Shown here in pieces: positions 10,666-22,786 of a stretch of 64,000 nucleotides of DNA. Both the position numbers and the translations under genes were made by a program. The number at the start of each line of letters is the position of its first letter. Position 1 is the stretch's first letter. This stretch comes from an uncultured Nitrososphaeraceae archaeon (GTDB lineage Archaea > Thermoproteota > Nitrososphaeria > Nitrososphaerales > Nitrososphaeraceae), in the NCBI GenBank assembly GCA_963765895.1, contig CAVXZB010000019.1:192001-256000 (forward strand), given 5' to 3'. A model generated the notes under the pieces. That model was not told the origin of the DNA and did no database searches. It saw only the letters and a program-made list of their open reading frames with translations.

Positions 10666-12185
10666 ATGTCGTCATTATTTGGCATTAAGTTTGGGATTAT
10701 AGGATCATTTATTGCAGTTCTATTTCTTGTTGGGATTTATTCCACAGCTATTACAGCGCTAGGAAAAAGCGAAGCTTTTTCATTGGGATCTACTCTTGGC
10801 AATCTAGGGAACGATCTAGCTAACAGTATAGCTGGTATGGTAAAACAGAAGACAGGTGAAGGTTGCACTGGCTCAGGGGATCAAAGCTCGAGAATTACGT
10901 CACAAAGCTCGAGTACCACCTCAGGCTCCTCAAGTATGATGACGAGTAGCAGTAGAGCAACGGCAACGGGCAAACGATTGTTTCGAGCAGCAACGGAGAA
11001 GGCAAATCTCTAATCTGCGGCGGTCCAGGCAATGATATACTTAGCGGAGGATCTGGAGATGATATTATATATGGTGGTAAGGGAAATGATAAGCTATTTG
11101 GTAACGGCGGTGATGATGTACTAGTAGGGGGCGTGGGTCGAGATTACTTTGATTGTGGCCCGGGCAAAGATACAATCAGAGATTTCAATCCGTCTGAAGG
11201 CGATACCAAGACAACTGATTGTGAAATTGTTTTGAATAGCCACAATAGCGAACAGGGAGGGTTAACATACTCCCAATCCTCTATTGGTTCACACATTCCA
11301 CACGCCCAACCGAGTGCCACTTCACCAGAAACAATCATTGGAAATTCTCCAAGTCCTCAGACATCTATATTAAAATCGCGCAATCCAATTGTCCCAGCCG
11401 GTTCCGTTGGTAAAACTGTAAAGGAGCCATTGAATTCGATGCAAAAGACTGGTTCTATGAAATCACTTGCGTTACTTGCTTTAAATAAATCTAAGACTTC
11501 GGGTCAGAATTTGACTACCTCGAATACTGTGAGAAATGAGACTCTTAACAGAGATATTAATTCAGTCGGCACGGTCTATCATTCGAACAATAGCACTAAT
11601 CAGGCTGGTATTAATCCACGACAAAGCAATACTATACAATCCTCCCAGCGGCCTGTATTAATAAGTAGCGGGATAGCCAGCCCTATCTCTCACAATATCC
11701 TACCCGTTCTTAGCATTAAGAAAGGACAACAAGTATTGTGGTCAAATCCATCCACGGTTCCAGATCCACAGACAGTTACCTTCGTTCTTGATAAGAAATT
11801 TGCTGCGTCATTACTCATCCCTCTACTAGTATCAAACTCCACTCAATTCAAAACACTTATCCCAGGAGAGAATAGCATGCCCACTCTTTTACCACAGCAT
11901 GGGAAACAGACAACATTACTGACACTTAATTCCAGAGCAATAGAGCCAGTTGCAATTGACCAAAACGGATTAGCCAAGAAAATTATTCAGAAGAATTCAA
12001 CGGGTTCCTATACAGCATTGGGAACTGAGAAATATATCAACTCTGGATGGCTACTTCCGAAAGGACAAGAGAAGGGCTATCCGGGAGCGCTAACAGGTTT
12101 CAAGGTAACCTTTGCTAAGGCCGGAGTCTATCGCTACTCGGACATGTTTCATCCGTGGATCAACGGGACGATTCGAGTAAATTGA
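10666..12185 (+). CDS. Secreted protein with RTX/hemolysin-type Ca-binding nonapeptides and a C-terminal cupredoxin-like domain (one frameshift near 10953)
   Basis: The frame upstream of ORF 11133 reads GGPGNDILSGGSGDDIIYGGKGNDKLFGNGGDDVLVGGVGRDYFDCGPGKD. The C-terminus is TFAKAGVYRYSDMFHPWINGTIRV, and the N-terminal ORF has a TM/signal. Confidence 0.75.
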
Positions 12186-12364
12186 AGTTTTTTTCCTTGA
12201 TCCAAACCTAGAGTAAGTGAATTGATTATGCAATAACCGTTTTTGACTTGGATTCTATATGTTAGCCTGAGTTCTGAGGCTGACCGTAAGTGTGTTTTTC
12301 ACTAATCCACATATCTGCTATGTAGATACAATTTTAAGCAGTTATACCCTTTGGCTACTTGATT

Positions 12365-12520
12365 GTGGTGGCGGTAAAGTCAGGCCAGGATAACAATTTA
12401 TGCCCAAATTGTACAGAGGGGCGTTTAAGCCTTGTTTGCATAAACGATTCTGTAAAGCATTCTAAAGGACTTGAATGGGCATTAGTATGCGACAAATGTG
12501 GTATAAGGGCTGAATTTTAA
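12365..12520 (+). CDS. Small zinc-ribbon protein, 51 aa (not in ORF track)
   Basis: Manual translation: MVAVKSGQDNNLCPNCTEGRLSLVCINDSVKHSKGLEWALVCDKCGIRAEF, with CPNC...CDKCG. Confidence 0.65.
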   Translation: MVAVKSGQDNNLCPNCTEGRLSLVCINDSVKHSKGLEWALVCDKCGIRAEF

Positions 12521-12959
12521 AACGTAAATAATCATATCTTATCCCTACGGTTATCTGACTCTGCACCTAAGAACGATTTATTGCCTTCCCGTATTAGGTT
12601 CTAACAATTTATAGTGAATAAGATGGTTTAGCTGTCGGCACCGAGTGCGAGTGCTCCAACTCGTCTGTGTGGATCTGCAATACAGGAAAACATAAAGCAG
12701 TAATATTGTAATGTAGACTTTGGATTAGATTTATCTATTGGGTAAAGCGGATATTCTAAGATCTGTTAAACCTGAGCCACAGACGAGAACTCGAGCTCTA
12801 ACAAATAACAGAATAATTTAGGCTTTGTATAATCGGATAGTTTCATACAATATAGGTGCACCCATTCAGGTACGTTTGATCAGTTGGAATGCTTGACGTG
12901 GCCACTGCAGGTTAAACATCAAGAATATCATGTTAAGTCCTGCTTCAATACCAGCCAGT

Positions 12960-13346
12960 TCATTTTCCGATTAAGATAGCATTTACTAAACCCTCTTGTC
13001 CAGGCCTTGACACGACTCTTGCAATGCCAAGTTCTGTCTCAAGCAGCGCCCCTTTACTGATAACCCCTCTTCTCTCGTAGTCTTTGTTTGCTGTATTCTT
13101 CGTAACGTTAAGTATTTTCAGTTTCGTCACTTTCTTTGTTTTGGAATCGGCGACATTAGCAAATTCCGCTGTCTTTAGCCCTGTCTTATGGTTGTTTCCT
13201 CTTATTCTTCTATTTACAGTCTTGTCTTTCCCGACTATAGCTTCGTTAGGATATCGATCCATCTCGTATTTCCGTCTTCTCCTCATTGATATTATTCGCC
13301 CGCCAGTAAGTTTTCTCCCTGCAAGGTTTTCGATTGACTTTCGCAT
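12960..13346 (-). CDS. rps8e: 30S ribosomal protein S8e
   Basis: RKLTGGR...RRRRKYE, RGGN-like RIRGNN, and SRPGQEGLVNA. Confidence 0.97.
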   Translation of the reverse strand: MRKSIENLAGRKLTGGRIISMRRRRKYEMDRYPNEAIVGKDKTVNRRIRGNNHKTGLKTAEFANVADSKTKKVTKLKILNVTKNTANKDYERRGVISKGALLETELGIARVVSRPGQEGLVNAILIGK

Positions 13347-13570
13347 TCTCTCTAAGACGAAAAAGTTCTATAATCCGTAATTAAGACCTTTCTGATCACT
13401 TAAATCGACAATTTGACCTAAAAATTTCCTTGTTGTTACCATCCACCATCTGAATACAATCAACTTATTGTCATAAGTAGATTAGTTCTGATAGTTTCGA
13501 TATTCCATTGAGCCAGTGCATTTCTAGTATTTTTTTATATTAATTCGAGCAATTTGTATTTTTTGGGTAA

Positions 13571-14095
13571 TCATCCGTTAGCTTGCTTTGTTGGCATCAC
13601 TAAGAGCTTTTCTTTCATAGAATTAAGATCTGTAATCCCAAAATAATCCTGGAATTTTTTTGTTGTTTTATATATCTTTAATCTACCAACTTTTTCAAAT
13701 CCAACGAAACCAATTTGAAGTAGCTCTCTTAGGTGGTCGTAGACTTGAGAACCTCGAATTTGCAATAGCCGCCTCGAATTAAGTGGCTGTTCATATGCAA
13801 TATAGGAGAGTGTTCTTAACGCTCCGGATGAAACAACTGGACGTTGAGCAAATTTCCGAACCAATGGGGTATAATTAGATTTCACTTGTAACACAAAATT
13901 TCCATCCTCCAAACGGGCTATTTCGATAGCCTTGAATATTGATTTAGTCTTATCGATTAATGTCATTAGTATTCTATTAACCCGGGTCCTCGAAGAAATA
14001 CCGGAGGCCATCACAATCTCGTCCAATGATAGTGGCCTTCCTGATGAATATAGAACAGCTTCAATTCTGGCCGTAATTTCGTCTTCTGGCAACAT
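13571..14095 (-). CDS. scpB: SMC-Scp complex subunit ScpB
   Basis: IEAVLYSSGRPLS, TLSYIAYEQP, IRG and YKTTKKFQDYFG. Confidence 0.93.
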   Translation of the reverse strand: MLPEDEITARIEAVLYSSGRPLSLDEIVMASGISSRTRVNRILMTLIDKTKSIFKAIEIARLEDGNFVLQVKSNYTPLVRKFAQRPVVSSGALRTLSYIAYEQPLNSRRLLQIRGSQVYDHLRELLQIGFVGFEKVGRLKIYKTTKKFQDYFGITDLNSMKEKLLVMPTKQANG

Positions 14096-14143
14096 CTTTA
14101 ACTCATTTACTCTTCCGATAGATAAATTTACGTAGCCGCAATC

Positions 14144-14911
14144 TCATACCTTCTCCTCCATGCGCGATATAATAATGTCCTCACTACTAGTTTTGTCATC
14201 CCCATTAACTATTTGCTGCAGCTCTACCTGTCCTTTCATCGCTAAGTACAGGATTGCAAGAAAATTTCTTGCTGCCTCGATAGGAGTCATTCTTGCCACG
14301 AATGTACTGAAAAGAAGCGTTCCATCGGCATTTACAATATCAAGTATGATATTTTCTCGTTCTTGCAATACCTGTTCGATCTTGATAAAGTACTGGTCAA
14401 AATCAAAAGTATCTAAGGCATCCAAATTCAAATCTTTCTTCGGCTGCCTTGGGTTGCTTAGCCTGTTCAATATGGTCTCAAGTAGTCCTAGTAAGTCCTC
14501 TAGGTTTACCGGATAAGTTGGCTCGTATCTGTAAGGGATTTCGATTGGTTTCAGTTCCACGATCGGCATTGATAATGGAACTTCATCTACACCCTTCTTT
14601 TGCATCGCTATTTTTTCTAACCTGAATATACTTTCTACTTTAAGTCTGTGAATTATCGAAGAGGTTAGTACAGCGACTCCACAGAGTCGTAGATCCCGTC
14701 TATCTGAATTATCAATCAGCCTAACGAGCATTTGAAGAAGGGCCACTATATCAATTTGCCAAATGTCTTTCTTAGTTATGAGAGAAGGGTTAAATAGTAA
14801 ATTTAATGGAGGGCTAGAAATTTTCTTTTTAGTATCTATGATTTCTTCAGACGTACTGGAATCATTAGCAGGATTATTCAAATTTCGATCGGATCTTTCT
14901 CCCTCGACCAT
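14144..14911 (-). CDS. scpA: Kleisin ScpA (segregation and condensation protein A)
   Basis: DIWQIDIV and C-terminal FLAILYLAMKGQVELQQ; adjacent to scpB. Confidence 0.85.
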   Translation of the reverse strand: MVEGERSDRNLNNPANDSSTSEEIIDTKKKISSPPLNLLFNPSLITKKDIWQIDIVALLQMLVRLIDNSDRRDLRLCGVAVLTSSIIHRLKVESIFRLEKIAMQKKGVDEVPLSMPIVELKPIEIPYRYEPTYPVNLEDLLGLLETILNRLSNPRQPKKDLNLDALDTFDFDQYFIKIEQVLQERENIILDIVNADGTLLFSTFVARMTPIEAARNFLAILYLAMKGQVELQQIVNGDDKTSSEDIIISRMEEKV

Positions 14912-15203
14912 TTCTCTCTTTTATTGTCTTGGACCTTTAAATATCTCGCTAATTGATTAGCGAGGCAAACTGGAGGAATTGCGGAATCTGGGGAACTGGT
15001 GACCATATTTAAATTATCATTGTCTATATCATCTATTCAGGACAGCGATTATCCATTACTCGAATAGCTATTGCGTTCAGACAACATAATATTGATCTGA
15101 AACAAATTCTAATCTTAATAATGTGGTATTAATGAGATACGTCAAACGCCAGGACTATTTAAACGAGTTAATTTAAATACAGTGTGTGCACTAAAGTTGG
15201 TGG

Positions 15204-16443
15204 TTGGAAGAACAAAAGAGTACAAGGAAAATACGAGCGGAGGTTAAATTCCCATTAATATTGATTCACACTCCCTACGGATTAAGCTTTTTTGATAAAA
15301 TTGCCAGCTACTCGACTGGCAAAATTTTATGCAAAATTTAATATCTATTTAATGCCTCTTATTACTGCCTTAGCAATATTTCTTATTGTAGGCTCAATGA
15401 TGGTGTTATTTTCTAACGGCGTAGCAAGGGCAGGTGTACGAGATGCTGGGCCGCAATCGAATTTGCTGATTCCTGGCCTCAATCCTTATCTGCCCTGGAC
15501 TTATGGCTGGATAGCACTTGTCATTACGATAATCGTCCACGAAGCCGGACATGGGATAGTTGCCAGAATATATGGGATAAAGGTTGAATCCACTGGACTC
15601 GTACTAATTCTTGGAATCCCAATAGGCGCATTCGTCAATATAGAACGAGAGGAATTAGCGAGAACACCTCTTAAACAGAAAAGTGCAGTTCTAACTGCTG
15701 GTCCGATGAACAATATGATACTCGCTGGGGTATGCTTGTTGGGATTATTTTTGATCGTTTCTAGCCTGACGGTATTGCCCGTTACCGGAGTTCCAAAATA
15801 TGGTGTTCAGGTCCTGGGTGTGGGTGATGGAACAATAGCTCAGTCCATCGGATTAGCAAAGGGATCTATAATCGAAAATATTGATCAAGCCAAAGTCAAA
15901 GATATCCAAGACCTCACTCGACTTTTGAGATCTAACTTGGGCTCTAGCGTTAAAATCACTTGGAAAGATGAAAAGGGCGATTCGATAACACACATTGTAA
16001 ACCTGCCCAAGAACGTCGAACCAGACAAAGGTGTTCTAGGCGTCACCATTACAAATGTGGCCCCTGATCCGACAACAGTATTAAGTCGTTACAAATCAGC
16101 ATTCGGTTCAAATCCGATCGCTCTATTGCTTCCGCCTACTATGGTACAGGGCTCAGTGCCTTATTCAGATTTGATGGCTCCAAAGTACTCGTCAAGTGTA
16201 TTGGGAGAGACATATCCAATATTTTCGAACTTTTTGTTCTGGCTTTGGTTCGTGAATTTCAATGTGGGTATATTTAACGCGCTTCCAATTGGGCCTCTTG
16301 ATGGTGGCCAGCTGTATAATTCATTAATAGAGGAAAAGTTAAAGACGCGTACGAAGAGATTAAAAAATGCTTCACTTATTTTGAGTGCTGTGATGACAGC
16401 AATAGTGGTAGCATCATTCCTCTTACCATGGGTATTTCGATGA
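15204..16443 (+). CDS. Site-2 protease (M50) with PDZ domain; N-terminus split by a frameshift near 15310
   Basis: VHEAGHG, AGPMNN and FNALPIGPLDGG. The upstream frame TTG EEQKSTRKIRAEVKFPLILIHTP...FFDKIA supplies the likely start. Confidence 0.9.
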
Positions 16444-16854
16444 GGATCACTTTATTCAAGATCAACAACAACTAGAAAAATGATCTACCAAAAAGTTAAG
16501 ATATAAAGGTAGCACATAAATGTGCGCATCTTTTAATAGGAAGTTTCGCAAAACTAAGAGTCTGTAAGATAATCTGGTTGAAACTCCATACGGGCTAATG
16601 GCTTTCTGTATTTCACATTAGCCAGTATGGATTAAGTATGCTGAGGAAGATCAATATGATAAGGTGCGGTCAATCGTTTCGTAATGCTCTCATTTGTTGA
16701 GTTGGAAGTGTGATTTTGGATGTGCTGCACTGAGAAATTCGATTATTTAAACATATAAATAGTGATCATTTCCGCGTTTCATACCAAATCCTATGTTGTC
16801 AATCAAAAATTCCTCAAATAAATCATCAGCAGGACCATTAGAGGCATAGAGGTA

Positions 16855-18327
16855 ATGCTGCGAAAAGCCTCCAAAGTTAGCGAAATTCGCTTTAATCGAA
16901 AGGTCATGCCGGTAACTCTATTTCCATCAGTTTTGGAAGATGTATTCAATCGTTCATTAAATAATAATAATAGTCCAATCTTGTCTATAGTTATTGGTAC
17001 TAAGCCAGACTTCTATAAGCAGGCCCCGCTCATTCTAGAAGCATCCAAATCCCATATGCCGATATTTGTAATAAATACCGGACAGCATTTTGATAGGTTA
17101 CTAGGTTTTGGTATCAATGAATTCGAAATCAAGGAACATATAGGTTGTAACCTTCAGATCCGCGGAGATCTTATGGAGAAAGCTAGCGAATTGATCATAA
17201 AGTTCGGTACCTTTGGAAGATATTGCAAAAAAAAATATGGAAATGATATCCGCGTATTACCAGTTGTTCACGGAGACACGATAGTCGCCGGCATTGCCCC
17301 CTTAGCTTGGGTATTTGGTGTAGGACAAAAGGTAGCTCAAAATGAAGCTGGGCTAAGGTCAATGAGCCCGGTAGCAATGAAGAATATAACACGGTACAAG
17401 GATCCGACTAAAGGTGTTGTAGAAAAATTGGTTAGCTCTCAGCTTGACGGAGATTGGTTCATTGCTAGAGATGAACCATTCCCGGAACAAATAGACACTT
17501 GGATTTGTTCGGCTGGGACACAATATTTCTTTGCGCCCACTAATCTAAACAAGGATAATCTAATTAGGGAAGGATATCCAGCGGAGTATGTGCACACAGT
17601 GGGGAACTCGGTTGTCGACGCTATAAAAATGAAGAGACGGCATAAGGCCTCACGGAGCATTTTTGATCTTTATCCAATATTAGAATCAGATGAGTGGCTG
17701 CGAGTTGATATTCACAGGAGAGAAAATTTAACGAAGCGCAGATTTACGTCCATATTGAATTCAATTGGCCAGTTGGTAAGACATAGTCAACAACGGATCA
17801 TTTTTCTCATGCTAAACGCCACCGAAGCTGCAATTAAATCCTTTGGTCTAGATGGATATCTGCAAAAACTTGCAAATAATTACCCTAATAAGTTCATTAT
17901 ATCTCCCCTGTGGAAGGAATACTCCCATGTCATAGAATTTCTAGATAGTGGACATTGTTGGGCTGAGATGACAGACTCTGGATCAATGCAAGAAGAATTA
18001 CTATATTTTGATAAAGTGATGTCATTGACCGTACGGCTAAATACGGATCGCCCAGAAACTGTTTTCGATGCAAGAAGCAATGTCTTGGTTCCGCCTGTGA
18101 GCGATAGGCTGATTTCCGCCTTTATAAATCAAGCATATAACCAAAGAGAAGGACTCGGTATTAAATTAAGGAATAAGAAACACCTCTACGGAGAGCCGGG
18201 TAAAGTATCTCAAAGGATAATACGAATACTAAAATCAGAATTTAGGAAGGGAGATCTGAACTTCTTTCCGTGGTTGCATCAAAGAATACATCTATGGAAA
18301 GAAAATAGCGGGTTAAATTATTGGTGA
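16855..18327 (+). CDS. UDP-N-acetylglucosamine 2-epimerase family protein
   Basis: GTKPD, NTGQH, VHGDT, EAGLRS, HRREN, TDSGSMQEE and TDRPE. Confidence 0.9.
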   Translation: MLRKASKVSEIRFNRKVMPVTLFPSVLEDVFNRSLNNNNSPILSIVIGTKPDFYKQAPLILEASKSHMPIFVINTGQHFDRLLGFGINEFEIKEHIGCNLQIRGDLMEKASELIIKFGTFGRYCKKKYGNDIRVLPVVHGDTIVAGIAPLAWVFGVGQKVAQNEAGLRSMSPVAMKNITRYKDPTKGVVEKLVSSQLDGDWFIARDEPFPEQIDTWICSAGTQYFFAPTNLNKDNLIREGYPAEYVHTVGNSVVDAIKMKRRHKASRSIFDLYPILESDEWLRVDIHRRENLTKRRFTSILNSIGQLVRHSQQRIIFLMLNATEAAIKSFGLDGYLQKLANNYPNKFIISPLWKEYSHVIEFLDSGHCWAEMTDSGSMQEELLYFDKVMSLTVRLNTDRPETVFDARSNVLVPPVSDRLISAFINQAYNQREGLGIKLRNKKHLYGEPGKVSQRIIRILKSEFRKGDLNFFPWLHQRIHLWKENSGLNYW

Positions 18328-18483
18328 CTCAAGAACTTTTCTAATTGGAAAAAGGATGTGGGCTACAGAATAAAATTGGTGATAACTGAACAGGAAAGAC
18401 GAATGACATGCAGGGGAGCAGGGTGATTCATGACCAACACCAACAAAAAGTATAATTCTCTAGGGTTCTCATAGTCGTATAAA

Positions 18484-19341
18484 TTGGATTCAAACGTGGA
18501 CAATGAAAAGTATCCAGATGAAGGCTATTTGGAGCATACAGAGCGGATTTTCTTCGAGTTAGCGAGTGAACAGCGCTTGGCGATCCTCTTCAAGTTAAAT
18601 CAAGGCAGTCTAAGACTTGCAAAGATCGCAAGAGATCTAGACGTTACTATGCAGGAAGTTCACAGAAATGTTAATAGGTTGTCTGAAGCGGGAATAATAG
18701 ATAAGGATTCCAGTGGGTCTTTTTTCCTTACTACATTTGGGAATATCATCATCAAACATATTTCAACCTTTGGCTTTCTCTCGAGGAACAGGTCATACTT
18801 TTCGGAACACATTCTCAGTGACCTTCCGATGAAGTTTGTACAGAGAATTGGCTCCTTGGATGATTCCGAATATGTCAATGGATTTGTAGCTGTCCTAGAA
18901 TTGTGGAAAAAGCTATACGACAGCTCTTCAGAATACATATATGCCATGCTTCCCCAAATTCCTTTCGAACTTATAGAAGCAGTAATTTCTAAAATAAAAA
19001 AGGATGGAGTTAAATTTAGCTATATCCTTCCACAAAATGCGGTAATACCTAAAAAGGGGTTTGACCTGCTCAAAGCCTCTGATTTTCCTGATCTATTGAA
19101 AAGCGGAATTGCGGAGAGAAGAATGATCGACAAAATTACAACGGCCGTAGTATTGAATGAAAGGCATGCAACGGTACTGTTTCCTAATTCCAAAGGCATT
19201 ACCGATATGAATTCCTTATTTTCTGGCCGATCTAGCAACGGGGAAGCAAACACATTATTTCATGAATGGTGTCTGGACTTCTATAGATATAATTGGTACA
19301 ATTCAAAATCATTCGACGAAAAAAGACTTAAGGAGGTGTAG
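18484..19341 (+). CDS. Winged-HTH transcriptional regulator (ArsR-like HTH plus archaeal C-terminal domain)
   Basis: FFELASEQRLAILFKL...QEVHRNVNRLSEAG...LTTFG; C-terminal WCLDFYRYNW. Confidence 0.85.
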   Translation: MDSNVDNEKYPDEGYLEHTERIFFELASEQRLAILFKLNQGSLRLAKIARDLDVTMQEVHRNVNRLSEAGIIDKDSSGSFFLTTFGNIIIKHISTFGFLSRNRSYFSEHILSDLPMKFVQRIGSLDDSEYVNGFVAVLELWKKLYDSSSEYIYAMLPQIPFELIEAVISKIKKDGVKFSYILPQNAVIPKKGFDLLKASDFPDLLKSGIAERRMIDKITTAVVLNERHATVLFPNSKGITDMNSLFSGRSSNGEANTLFHEWCLDFYRYNWYNSKSFDEKRLKEV

Positions 19342-19946
19342 TATTTGTGCTGGACTATACGGTCATCAACAACCGAAATTCAATCAGACGTACAGACGCT
19401 GTGTTATTTGTAATTTGTAATTTGTACGCGGAAGATGCAGGATTTATGATGCGTGTGGACCTGGGATTAAAATCAGCAGCGGACCGGTATTGATTGCCTA
19501 TCTTGCTACCGATATTTCAGGATAGACATTGCTGGGGATTCGCTAAAAGCCTTAGCCATTAGCTAAAGTGTCTCCGTGAGTTGTAGATAAAGTAAGTCAA
19601 GCTAATACTCTACATGGTCTGTCAAACAAAAGAGCACATTAACTTCACGTTGGATTGGCTATACCGGGGTGGTTACCCACGTTATGGAAAAAATAATATC
19701 GGATAGGACCCTAGAATCTCTTTAAATTCTCTTCTAGTATCAGCTGGAAATTAAATTTGTAAAGGAAAATACGATCATTATAGCCAAGATTACCGGGACT
19801 GAAAGTCTCAGGTTAGAAAACATGACAAAATATTTATTAATGATTAGACCATAGTTTATATGGCTTTTTGCGGAAAACTATTGACGTAAAATTATTAGAC
19901 TTTGCCAACTTATTATAGGTGAAGTTTTGGGCTATATGGTGCCGCG

Positions 19947-22222
19947 GTGGCCAGAAGAAGAGTAATTGTGCAAGGAGAAAATAGCAACAAATCGGAAAAA
20001 GGAGAAAGTAACACTCGACCTACGCATAGGAGCAACATAAAGAAAAGTAGAAGTGTTTTGGATAGTAATATTCAAGTCGAGAATTCTCGGATTGTGTCTG
20101 ATGCCGAACTGCCTGCAGAAACCCCCACTAATATACCTGGGCATGTTATGAAGGTCACTTCTGATGATCAAGATGCCTTGTGGGCAGTAGTGTCCGAAGC
20201 AGTGACCGTCGGAATCAAAAATTACAGGTGCTAGGTTTGAAGGGCCAAGCATTGCTATTTACACCAAGAATCCCAGATTCTCACTCACTGAACTTACTAT
20301 GCATTTGTCTTCGTTGTCGAAGTCTTTAAAGAAACGAATAGTTGTCAGGACTGATCCATCTATCAGGATCAATGAGAACGAAGCCAGGAGTAGGATTTCA
20401 AAACTACTTCCAAAAGACGTGATGCTCTCGGCGATTTTTTGCGACGATGCAACAGGGGAGGTCATCTTGGAATTGAATAGACCTAAGATCGTAGATCCTG
20501 ATATGGTTGTCAATATAGCAGAATCCACAGGCTGGATTGCGCATACAAGGCAATCACCACATATTCCCTCCAACAGCATCACCTTAATACACTCGATGCT
20601 CAAGAATTCTGCAAAGGAGAGAACATCTTTCTATCAGCGTGTGGGAACTAGAATTTTCAGGAAACCCCTTATGACAAGCTCAATTGCTGTTAAGAGCATT
20701 GAGCCAGGTAGGAACCTTTCGAGCTTTGCCAATGATAACGGAATCTCAGATAAAGTCGGAGATTTATCTATACCGAATCAAATTGTTAGCACAAATTCCA
20801 CGAACCAGGGAACACCTCCGTTATCACCATATCCGAATACTAGTAAACATGAAGTTATGTTGTATTGTTTGGGTGGAGTGAAACAAGTGGGAAGATCTTG
20901 CTTTATCGTGGTAACACCAGAGAGCAAGGTGATGCTAGATTGTGGAATAAATCCGGGAGAAAATATAGCCTTGAATGCCTATCCTCGCCTTGATTGGTTC
21001 ACCTTTAGCCTAAGTGATCTAGACGCAGTAATTATTAGTCATGCACATATAGATCACCAGGGATTTCTGCCTGCCTTGTACAAATTCGGTTATAGAGGCC
21101 CAGTTTATTGGTACTGAACCAACATTACCCCTGATGACTCTATTGCAAATGGATTCAATAAAGATTGCCAACAATAATGGGACGTATCTCCCATTTGAGG
21201 CAAGAGACGTCAACGAAGTCATAAAAAGGTGTATCACATTACCATATGGTAAGCCAACTGATATTTCGCCTGATATTACTGTTACGCTTAATAACGCCGG
21301 TCATATTATGGGTAGCGCGACAGTACATCTAAACGTTTCTGGTGCACACAACATTCTCTACTCCGGAGATTATAAATATGCCAGAACTCAACTCCTAGAC
21401 AATGCTCTTTCTATATATCCTAGAGTAGAAACGCTTATCACTGAAAGCACATATGGCAATTCCACGGACGTTATGCCAGAGCAATCCTTGGTTTATAAAG
21501 GATTTACAGAAAGTATTAACAATACATTGAGAGGTGGCGGGAAGGTGCTTATACCCGTCCCGGCTGTAGGGAGAGCGCAGGAGATTATGCTCGTCTTAGA
21601 TCGGGAAATGAAAGAAGGGCGTTTATTAGAGTCTCCTATATATATCGAAGGAATGATCTCTGAAGCAAGTGCAATCCACATGTCCTATGCACATTATTTG
21701 GGTTATAATGTTCGTAAGTCTGTAGCTGAAGGCATTAACCCATTTCAGTCCGAGTACTTTACTATAGTAAATGGTACTAGGAAAAGAGAGGATGTTTTCA
21801 ATGATGATAGTCCTTCGATCATCATGGCAACTTCAGGTATGTTAGAAGGAGGCCCATCAGTAGAATATTTCAAGGAGATAGCACCAGACGAGAAAAACAA
21901 GATTATGTTTGTTTCGTATCAAATAAATGGCACCCTTGGTAGGAGGGTCATAGATGGTGTAATGAACGAAATAAGCATGATGGATAAAAATGGTAAGATG
22001 AAAGTTATCCCAGTTAAGTGCACTACCCAGAAAATCGATGGCTTCAGTGGTCATAGTGATTTTAACCAAATTCTTAGCTTTATTTCTAGGGTGAAACCAA
22101 AGAGGGTTTTGGTGAACCATGGTGAAAAATCTAAATCTGAAAATATTGCGAGCACGGTTTATCACAAATTAAAGATAAGATCTGGAGTTCCAGATGTTAG
22201 AGAAATTATTAGACTTCGCTAG
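19947..22222 (+). CDS. beta-CASP ribonuclease aCPSF1/FttA (KH-KH-MBL-beta-CASP), split by two 1-nt indels
   Basis: RFEGPSIAIYTKNP, KKRIVVRTDPS, GGVKQVGRSC, SHAHIDH, AGHIMGS, VGRAQE, GFSGHSD and NHGE. Extra bases lie near 20205 and 21110. Confidence 0.93.
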
Positions 22223-22786
22223 CTCGGAGGTATTATTGAGTATCCTTTTTAGCCATGTATACACTATATAACTTGGGTAAGAGTTGGCTATAAGATATAA
22301 ATGCGTAAATTGCAACATTGTTTTGAGCGGAGAAGGTGCATCTAGACATTATCTTGCTAATCCAAACCACAAATTGGAAAAGCTTCCTCCACCTCTGAAG
22401 CCAGTCAAGAATGCAGATGCCAGGTCATAACTATTGGTATTTTTCTGATTAATTTTGAACTCCACCAAGAAGCAGGTTAAAGTTGGTAAATGACTTAGTG
22501 GCAGTCGTGTCCCTTATTGAAACACAAGTATAGTCAAGTCAATACAGCCGTTAAATGTTTGAAATTCTTTTATACACTGCATTTTTGATTGTAATTAGAA
22601 CTCAATAATGGAACGAACATACGAAAATCGGATAGTAATTAAAGGACACGTTATCAGTAATGGTGAATTGATACTTAACCTAGAAATTCTACCCTTGTTT
22701 TAATAGAATCGCGATATCATGGATTCGATCCTTTGATTGCGGTCAATGTGACAATACACTTGATTTTATGTAAGCCCAGAACTCGA

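Noticed and set aside
12636-12655. GGCACCGAGTGCGAGTGC resembles a tracrRNA 3' hairpin
   Set aside because: The match is short and imperfect, with no cas9 or array nearby; probably chance.
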